From Octopus vulgaris (taxonomy: Eukaryota), in NCBI GenBank assembly GCA_951406725.2, contig OX597816.1, positions 61,690,001 through 61,754,000 on the forward strand: 64,000 nt of DNA, given 5' to 3'. The notes under the pieces are model-generated. The model saw only the letters and a program-made list of their open reading frames with translations. It was not told where the DNA came from and did no database searches. The translations under genes and the position numbers were made by a program. This document shows positions 55,009 to 64,000 of this stretch, in pieces. Positions within the stretch are counted from its first letter, which is position 1, and each line of letters starts with the position of its first letter.

Positions 55009-55409
55009 GTTTATGCAGTTTTACTTATTTGCTGGTTGTAAGCAATAACGTCGGCAACAGTTGCACAATCAATAGTGCACAGCTTTTCCGATTGCACAAG
55101 CGACGAGGGATTGTCGACAACTTGGTGCTGAATATCTATTCTAAAGGACTTTTTCCCTTTTGTTGCTGATGTTAACGTTGTGCTACGAGTTACAGTGGCG
55201 ACAGATATAGATCTACTTTCATATGCAGAAACACCCAGTAAAACACACACACACATACACACATACATACTCGGTGGATTTATACACAGCTTCCATCTAA
55301 CCAACTTTCATTTACAAGGTTAGTCGAGCCTGTTATGGGAAATACTTTTCCAAGGTGTAGCGCAATGACAACGAGCCTGGAGCCAAGTCATTGTGAAACA
55401 AGCTTTTTA

Positions 55410-55821
55410 TATTTCTTTATTGCCCACAAGGGGCTAAACACAGAGGAGACAAATAAGGACAGACAAACGGATTAAGTCGATTACATCAATCCCAGTGCGT
55501 AACTGGTACTTATTTAATCGAACCCGAAAGGATGAAAGGCAAAGTCGACCTCGGCGGAATTTGAACTCAGAACGTAACGGCAGACGAAATACCTATTTCT
55601 TTACTACCCACAAGGGGCTAAACACAGAGAGGACAAACAAGGACAGACAAAGGGATTAAGTCGATTATATCGACGCCAGTGCGTAACTGCTACTTATTTA
55701 ATCGACCCCGAAAGGATGAAAGGCAAAGTCGACCTCGGCGGAATTTGAACTCAGAACGTAGCGGCAGATGAAATACCGCTAAGCATTTCGCCCAGCGTGC
55801 TAACGTTTCTGCCAGCTCACC
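55410..55821 (-). mobile_element. dimeric SINE family A nested in an old SINE B-like copy
   Basis: 184-bp period; same junction as 7396-7815; imperfect TSD aacaa(g/a)cttttta. Confidence 0.88.
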
Positions 55822-56079
55822 GGAACAAACTTTTTAACTACACAACTGTACCTATACTTAAAATATAAAATGAATAGTCAATTTCTTAATTAAAGAAACA
55901 AAAATGCGTATTTGTTTATAAAACAAACTGTTTACACGACAGGCATGAGAAAGTGAAGTTTTATTTTCTCAACTCTTCACGAATAAAAGAGGAGAACGAT
56001 ATAAGTTATCTGATGGTCTGTTTGCTACGTCTGACACCACCTTCACACAGCTTTGCTGTAATTTTGTTGTTCATGATAG

Positions 56080-56281
56080 GCACACGGAGATGGTTGGATG
56101 AATTATTTGCCATGAAACCACCTCAATTCTGGGAAGAGGGTATTTTCAAGTTAAAGGAAAGTTGGAGACGCATTGTGCAACAAAATGGTTCATATTTGGT
56201 TGATTAAAAATGTAATGGCAAGTATTTATTGACGTTTTTCTTTCCTTTAAAATCGGCTCGAACTTTCCTGACCACCCAATA
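56080..56281 (+). mobile_element. mariner 3' end fragment
   Basis: WLDELFAMKPPQFWEEGIFKLKESWRRIVQQNGSY*, then TIR-like aatcggctcgaactttcctgaccacccaata. Confidence 0.85.
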
Positions 56282-57429
56282 ACTATCAAATATTGCGTAC
56301 AATGTATCGGTCAATCCCAAGCTAAAATAAAAGCCACTTGCCCAAAATGCCGTGCACTGAAATCAAACCCGGAATGACGTGGTTGCAAAACGTACTTCTT
56401 AACCGCACCATGCAGATATATCTGCACAAAACGCCTACTATAAGTTTCCGAATCCGATGATTACTTTTTATTCCTGGAAACTAATTTACACGAGTTATCG
56501 ACTTACATTGCAGTTGACTAGAGTTCGCCGTTCAAAAAGAGAAGTCATACTGTGGTGTATTTGCGCAGAAAAATACATTTAATTTGAAATGACGTGATGC
56601 AACCTCCCCACTCTTTCTGTGTAGCAAACTTTAGGCTGTTATATTTCACACATTGATAAAAAATAAATACAATTAAACAAAGTTATATATCACGCCATCT
56701 AGTAAGTGAAAAAAAAGACATGAGATTTTTATTCAGGCCTCATGTCACAAATGTATATTCTATATATCACACCCTCTTGTGTGAGATAAATAAAGCATTA
56801 ATTTCTCATTCGAGGCCCCATGCCACAAATTTATATGGAAAGGGAATCATTTCGCGCAGCGTTCATGATATTTTCAAAACACATTTGCAATGTAACTTAA
56901 GGGAATTGACTTAAAACAAAGAATGACAATCAAGTAACAAAAATGCTTTATGGTCTTCACCACGCGTATGATAAATAATTGTTTGTTTGAAGAGTAAGAC
57001 AATTCTCTGGATTTCTATGGTCATTAGCGAACGTGGTTTTTCCCCCGATCTATTGTGCATGTGATTTAGCACTCAAAGAGCGCCATAAGATTCGTGTTAA
57101 AATTAGAAAGCAGTTTCTTTTGCTTTTTAAATTGTTTAGATTATTTACATTTCTGTCTATTATGTTTCAAATAGACAGTGTGTGTTAGAAATATAATGCA
57201 ATCTATCGAAAAGAAGAAACTTTCCGAGAATGAGAATGACAACAGTGAATAATTTCATTTAAGATTTACTAATTACAGTGAAGGAAATTAAATCTAGTTG
57301 CTGTTTGAATAATGTGATTTGCGATATTTTTATGTGTTTAAATACATCATTACTTGGAATTAACGTTTTTTTTTTTGTCTGTCTTATTGACGAAATTGTA
57401 TTCAAATATTGTTGGTGTTGAAATTCTAT

Positions 57430-58070
57430 TCTTTTATCGTTTTATCGTATTCAGTCATTGGACTGCGGCCATGTTTTGGACATCGCCTTAAAAAGTTTAG
57501 TCGAAAAATAATCGATCTAAGAATTTCTTTTTTTGTAGCCTGGCACGTATAATATCGTCCCTTTCGCCGAACCGCTAGCTTACTAGTATGTAAAGAAGCC
57601 AATGCCGGTTGTCAAGCAGTGTGGGGATAAGCACACACACATACACACACACGCAAAAGCATACATGCACATAAATATATATACATATATATGTGAGTGT
57701 GCGCGCACATGTACGTATGTATGTATGTGTGTACACACACACACACACATATGCACATAGGTGCAGACGTGGCCGTAGGCGTCACAGTGTGGTAAGAAGC
57801 CTGCTTTCCAACCACGTGGTTCTGGGTTCAGTTCCACAGCGTGGAACGTTGGGCAAGTGTCTTCTTCTATAACCTCGGGCGGAAACTGAAAGAAGCTCGT
57901 CGTGTGTGTATGTCTTTGTGCCTGTGTTTCTCACTTGACAATCTATGTTGGTGTGTTTACGTCCCCGTAACTTAACGGTCGATTTCTTCGACTTAATCCG
58001 TTTAAGGCGGTGCTGCAACATGGCCGCAGTCAAATGTCTGAAACAAGTAAAGATACAAAAGAATAAAAGA
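57430..58070. mobile_element. two old SINE B copies (57430-57630 -, 57775-58070 +)
   Basis: Diverged matches to family B. Confidence 0.7.
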
Positions 58071-58146
<76 letters not shown>

Positions 58147-58167
58147 GTCTGTCTGTCTGTCAATCTA

Positions 58168-58198
<31 letters not shown>

Positions 58199-58215
58199 GT
58201 CTGTCTATTTATCTA

Positions 58216-58250
<35 letters not shown>

Positions 58251-58816
58251 GCCTGTCATCTTTCTATCTGTCTATCTACGACAGGTTCTCACGAGCCATT
58301 TGTTCTTTAGCAGAAGGCATCTGTCCAAGGTTCCACTCAGTGAAACTGAATCTGAAACCAGGAATGTGCGAAGCGAACTTAACCACACAGTCATATATGC
58401 AATTTCTATAAATATGTACAGTTCCTTAGTCTTTGCTTTAGGTGTAATTCTATGTAGCAAAAATTTTCTTCATAGTTATATCTTTTGACAGGGGACTCAA
58501 TAAAGCCAAGAGAATAATAATAAAGAACTAAAGGTGGTGTTCTGGCAGAATCCTTGGCATGCAGGGCAAAATGCTAGGCGGCATTTCGTCCGTCTTTACG
58601 TTCTGAGTTCAAATTCGGTTTAGATCGACTTTGCCTTCTATCCTTTCTGGGTCGATAAAATAAGTACCTGTTAAGTCCTAATCTGAGGAGGATAACTTTC
58701 TCTCCCCCCATCAATCTTGCGGGCGCTGCACATTCTTCTGACTAGGCAAGGAAAAAATGTACTCACCGCGTTAAGTACTAATAAAATACTGGCTTCATTA
58801 TGATTAATGAAGTAAA

Positions 58817-59060
58817 GGCGTGTGGCCTAGAGGTAGGGGTGTTGCACTCACAATCGTAATTTCGTTGTTTCGATTTCTGGACCAGGCGGTGCGTTGTGTT
58901 CTTGAGTAAAGCACTTTACTTCACGTTGCTCCAGTTCAGTCAACTGTAAATGAGTAACCCTGTAGCGAACTCGCGTCTCGTTCAGGGGTAATGTTATGAT
59001 CTCGGTCACTTATACGTCATGGAAACAGTGTAACCGGCGCTGCGAGTCCTGGGACATGAG
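58817..59060 (+). mobile_element. old tRNA-headed SINE related to the 10441 family
   Basis: ggcgtgtggcctagaggtaggg..gtttcgatttc head; gagtaaccctgtagcgaactcgcgtctcgttcagggg..gaaac..ccgg body. Confidence 0.65.
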
Positions 59061-60087
59061 AAAGTACTTACCTTTCCATAATCACGGAAACACGTCAAGT
59101 AAATATATTGATTTGGCTGGTAATATATTTAATTATAAAACCGTATTATATGTCACTCAATATCTACAACCAAATAATAAACTTTGAATTTCTCCTTAGA
59201 ATATATTTTCGACTGTATCTGTAACCTTTACCAACTTTTGAAATTGTAGAGACCTTAAATCTTGTTTGAATTCAGATGTATGATAAATTCTTTTGTGCAA
59301 AATATCGATAGGCTAAGGGTTATTTTTGTCCACTCTGAAATTTCCTGAACAGCAAATATTCTTTCCTTTCAAACTTTGCACGCGCTTAAAAACGGTTATT
59401 TAGGAAGATTATATTTCATTTCACATCAAGTACAAAAGGAATTATTTAATAAAGCGCTTAGAGTAATGTTGCATCAAATTACAACACTTTTCTGCTTGTT
59501 CGGTTGATTTTTAAATCAATCGAACTACTACATATATCTATAACGACTTTGATAATAAACAGTAACAGTAATCTTTTATCTACAAAGAAACTATTTTGAA
59601 TAAGAAAGAAGGGTTTCAATATAATTATTTCGCCACGGAATCTAAAATGGAATAAATAAAGAAGATCTGAATTCATAGCGGAATCATCTCTCTTATAGCC
59701 CTGAAATTTCTCATGTGCATAATAAGGTTTGCTTCTCAACCTTCGTGTGATTTCACATAAAATAACCGAGAAGATTACATTCAGTGTATCTGTAATATTA
59801 TTTAGAAACACTACTCTCCAATTTCTGGCTATATGATCATATTTGCTTTAATGTGTATAGAAATGTCAGATTCTATTGCTTAAAATTCGATGATTCCTCT
59901 CTCTTATCCTCAGTGTGCGTGACTCTCATACGGCATATATGATTGAACATATGTAATGCCCCTTTTCTGTGTGTTCTGATACACGTCCATACATAAATAT
60001 ATTTCTACTTACAAATGTATTATTATTTTTCTTGTTTCGTTCCATAATTGTACAAATCTACGATCAAAGATTCTTCAGTAGTGATTG

Positions 60088-60134
<47 letters not shown>

Positions 60135-60153
60135 GTATGTATGTATGTATGTA

Positions 60154-60219
<66 letters not shown>

Positions 60220-60437
60220 AAGTGATGTAACATTAGTAAAATATATCAAAGATATATTTTTTCATAGAGCAAACAATATCTGGAATAGAACTAAATACGG
60301 TGGATAGAGTGGATAGACATATATATATATACTATATCAAAGTTGACACTCGTGAATAATTCGCACCGGCGACTCAGAAAAGAGTAGCAATTTTGATATA
60401 ATGTGTGTGTGTGTGTGCGTGAGCATTTGTCGTGTAC

Positions 60438-60469
<32 letters not shown>

Positions 60470-60753
60470 CTGTTAGTGTGCGTGTGTATACATCCATTTG
60501 CATATATGTATTTCTAAGCGAATATATATGTATGTGTGTATGTATGGCGAGCTGAGAGAACAGTTACTGCAGCGTGCAAGATGCATAGTGGCAGTTCTTC
60601 TCTCTTTACGTCTTAAGTTCAAATTCCGCCGAGATCGACTTGGCCATTCGTCCTTTCGGGGTTTGATAGAATAAATACCAGTTGGATACTAGAGTGGTTG
60701 CAATCCACTAACTATTTTCCCCGAAATTACTGGCCTTGTAGCAAAATTTGAAG

Positions 60754-60826
<73 letters not shown>

Positions 60827-60833
60827 ATATCTA

Positions 60834-60892
<59 letters not shown>

Positions 60893-61784
60893 TTCTGTCT
60901 GTCTATTTAACTGTCTACGTACCTACCTATCTACCTATCTCAGAAATCTTGTCGGAAGACGAAAGCAGTGAGGAATGACAAATAGCTAGAAAAGGAAGGA
61001 GGAAGAGGAGTAAGAAAAGAACAAAACTAAGCGCAAACAAAGCAGGGAGATAAAAACATTTCGAACACTAGCACAAACAACACAAACAACAACACCACAA
61101 AACGGTGCTCACAGCCATAAACCCGAGAAATACAGAGTTAATGGAATACGTCAACACAAAAGCAAACTTAACGCATGAATACATAAATAACAAGCAACCA
61201 CCCATACACAACACCACCAAAACACATTAAAATATTGCACATCACACCAACCCTGCACCACACACTAAAATCCATATACCCCGATGCAATTGGAAAATGT
61301 CAAAAGAACTCCTCTAAAAAACTTTATAGTGGTCTCCTCGAGGAAAACCCGAAGGAGGGGACACAAAAACTTTCGAACGGTGACTCTCTGTTCTTTTCGT
61401 TAGTGTTTCAAAACACACACTTCATTAGGATTATGATCAAGATTGGTTGTCTGAATGCGCGTTGCGTGGGAAATCGCTTTTCTTTGGAATAGAAAAAAAG
61501 TCTAACTTTATTTCTTCTTTTGCTGGTGTCTCAAATTTAGGTTAAATCAGTGTTTCTCAAAGGGGAGGCCTATGGGACGGCCGGACAAGATGTTTTGAGA
61601 AAATTTGGTTTAAATGTTTGACAACTCAGCACCGTCCATTGGACGGGGTGTGTGCGTTTTGCTCGTATATATATATATATATATGTTTGTCACATATTTC
61701 AACTGCTAAAGGCAAATAGTGACAAACCTATTTCAACTAACTTAAATTGTGATTATACGTAAACACTGCTTTGCGCATTTACTC

Positions 61785-61824
<40 letters not shown>

Positions 61825-62067
61825 TGTGGGATAAATGGAGAGGAGCGCAAACAACATTGTTTGTGATGAAATCCAAGTAACCTGTCAGGGTCAGAGAATA
61901 TGAACTCATACTAAGTTGTAGAAAAGGTGAGCAGAAGGAAAAGAACACAGGGTAGAAAGAAATATAAGCCGTAGACAGGGAAGTTGGTGCATGGACAGAA
62001 GAAAGAAAATAAATAAATGAATAAGTGGGAGGAGATAAATAAATGAGTGAAAGTATATGCTGTTCCA

Positions 62068-62504
62068 AAGTTTATTTGTCTAGTGGCTGTAGCGAAAGAG
62101 GTTGTATGGTGGACCCGTTTGAAAGGGCTAAAGACAGGCACTTTCCTCTTTGGCCAAGCCCTCATCAGCTTTTTCAAGTTTCACCTGAAAAGGAAGTTGA
62201 GGGTGGAGAAGGAAGTATTGATTTGTATCAAGTTTGTTGAAAGGTGGGTGAATGTTAGAAGATTGGCCAATGTGAAAGGACCAATTCTGAGCGTGCACCT
62301 GTAAACAAAAGAAGAGCTCTTGCCCTGTTGTTCAGGTACCCGTAACTTTTGTGGGTTTTTTTTCACAAGGTCCTTAATGCGCCTCCGCTCGTCGTAAAAC
62401 CCATTGTATCGTCCTGTTTTTGTCTTCTATGTTTTTGTATGTCTCTTAACATAATGTTATGTACGCCCTTGTGGCTAATAAACGAATTAATTATTATTAT
62501 TATT
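62068..62504 (+). mobile_element. L1/Tx1-like LINE 3' end with 3' UTR and (ATT)n tail
   Basis: FICLVAVAKEVVWWTRLK..FFKFHLKRKLRVE..FVERW* typical of an L1/Tx1 ORF2 C-terminus; aataaa then an (att)n tail. Confidence 0.7.
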
Positions 62505-62839
62505 AGGGTTACTGGTCTTTACCCTGGTGGCCCGGGTTGTGTCCTCGCCATGGGAACAGTTATGAAGGCGCAGCGAGCAGGCAGAACCGTTAGCATGTTG
62601 GGTAAAAGGCTTAACGGCCTTTCGCCTGTCTTTAAATTCTGCCGAGGTGTACTTATTTCATCGACCCCTTTCGGGATCGATGAAGTAAGCACCAGTAAAC
62701 CACCTGGGTCAATGATGTTGCAGAAAAGATACTTATCATCACCATCATTATTATTATTCTTTTTGTTGCTGTTGTTATTTATGTTTCCTTTTCTTCTTAT
62801 TGCAAAATATTAAACCTTTTGATCGGTAACTTCTCTCAA

Positions 62840-63140
62840 AAATTTGAAGTTAATAAAAAATAGGTTAATGAATTAAGAAATATATATTATTTTCTCAAAC
62901 CAGGGATAATTTCCTCAAATTGATGAAAGTGAAGGAATAATTATCTCAAGAAATAAAGTTTCATTACAATCATCAAGATCATTCTTCTCTGGATAATTGC
63001 TGAACCATTATATCGGAAAGAACTCCATAGAATTTAAAGTTAAAAAAATAGGTTAAAGAACGAAAAAATAATTATATAACACAATTAAATCAGGGATAAT
63101 TTTCTTGAGTTAATGATATTGAACAAATAAAGTATTTAAA
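62840..63140. repeat. diverged ~190-bp tandem duplication
   Basis: aattt.aagttaa..aaaataggttaa..cagggataattt at 62841 and 63031. Confidence 0.6.
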
Positions 63141-64000
63141 CTATTACGAAGTTTAAGCATTAAAAAAAAAGCACAAAAAAAAACTAGCAAATGGGGAAAG
63201 TGATCCAAATTAAGATTTTTAGAATTTTTATTTAGCTATGATATATTATCAAGTGTTTAACGGGTAAAAGGATTGTCAGCCGAAATTTGAATACTTGGAA
63301 GGAAAAGTAAAAACAAAATACAGACAAACAAAAATGAAAACAAAACATACAAGAACAAAAAACCAAGCAATTAAACAAACAGACAAAACAAAAATTATAT
63401 ATCCATTTGAACAGACTTCTGCAACTAGAAATCCATTTTAAAATATGCGCTTCAAGCCTACAAAAATATTTAGTAAAGGAACAATGGAGAACTAATACAA
63501 TTAACTATAAAGCATGGACAGAATAAGACAAGAAGCTGTTTTCTGCTTTCTAGGAATTTAATGCATTTTAAAAACCAGTACGGTAGTAAGTAGTTGTAAG
63601 GGCCATGGAGTAATAAAGCTAATAGAAATGGATAAAAAAAAACTAAAATGCAAACTAGGTGTATCTGGGACTACATTATTTTATGTGTCCTTTCTTTGTA
63701 AGATGGAAACGGGGATCTTGTCCCACCTTTTTTAGGATCACCTTCGACTATTTATTTAATAACGATATTGTTTCTTTAGTAATGTTTTGTAACCAAGGAA
63801 AGTGCATCTTTGCCTGAATTCTTTGTATAATTGCTTGTATTTAGTCGCCCTGTGAAATGACACCTCATAATATGTGATTTCAGAGATTTGGATGCTATTT
63901 CTAGCATAATTAGCGTCCGTATAGAGGCTCACTTGTGCTGTTGCTAATATTTATGTTGTTTTCCCCAAATACACCTCACTAAACTACAATCATTCGTTGT

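Noticed and set aside
61270-61490. MIKIGCLNAR, like the start of an L1/Tx1 APE domain
   Set aside because: Only ~10 residues, with no continuing domain.
61548-61590. cagtgtttctcaa hAT-like terminus
   Set aside because: No partner TIR or 8-bp TSD identified.
62129-62172. Minus-strand CTGATGA..GAAA..GTC
   Set aside because: Antisense of LINE coding sequence; stems II and III do not pair.

Overview
Eukaryotic, very AT-rich, microsatellite-dense intronic/intergenic DNA; the SINE/LINE repertoire and simple-repeat density suggest an octopod cephalopod (inference, not verified). No complete host protein-coding gene is recognisable and almost all ORF-track entries are microsatellite artefacts. The window is a patchwork of tRNA-headed SINEs (at least 4 families), REL-endonuclease Dong/R4-type LINEs, RTE LINEs (one with three C-terminal C2H2 fingers), L1/Tx1-like and CR1-like remnants, mariner (DD34D) and maT-like (DD37D) relics, a Helitron, a piggyBac-type MITE and a long foldback element. 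The most notable signal is a set of non-coding elements, mostly abutting (TA)n tracts, that carry type I hammerhead ribozyme motifs with palindromic stem III: six with canonical cores (2055, 4847, 12078, 12567, 13044 minus, 15297), three with variant cores and one decayed. They include a tandem pair 489 nt apart (retrozyme/Penelope pLTR-like architecture that could release a circularisable RNA) and a 2.6-kb element with ribozymes in 415-bp inverted arms. All alignments and folds were done by eye.
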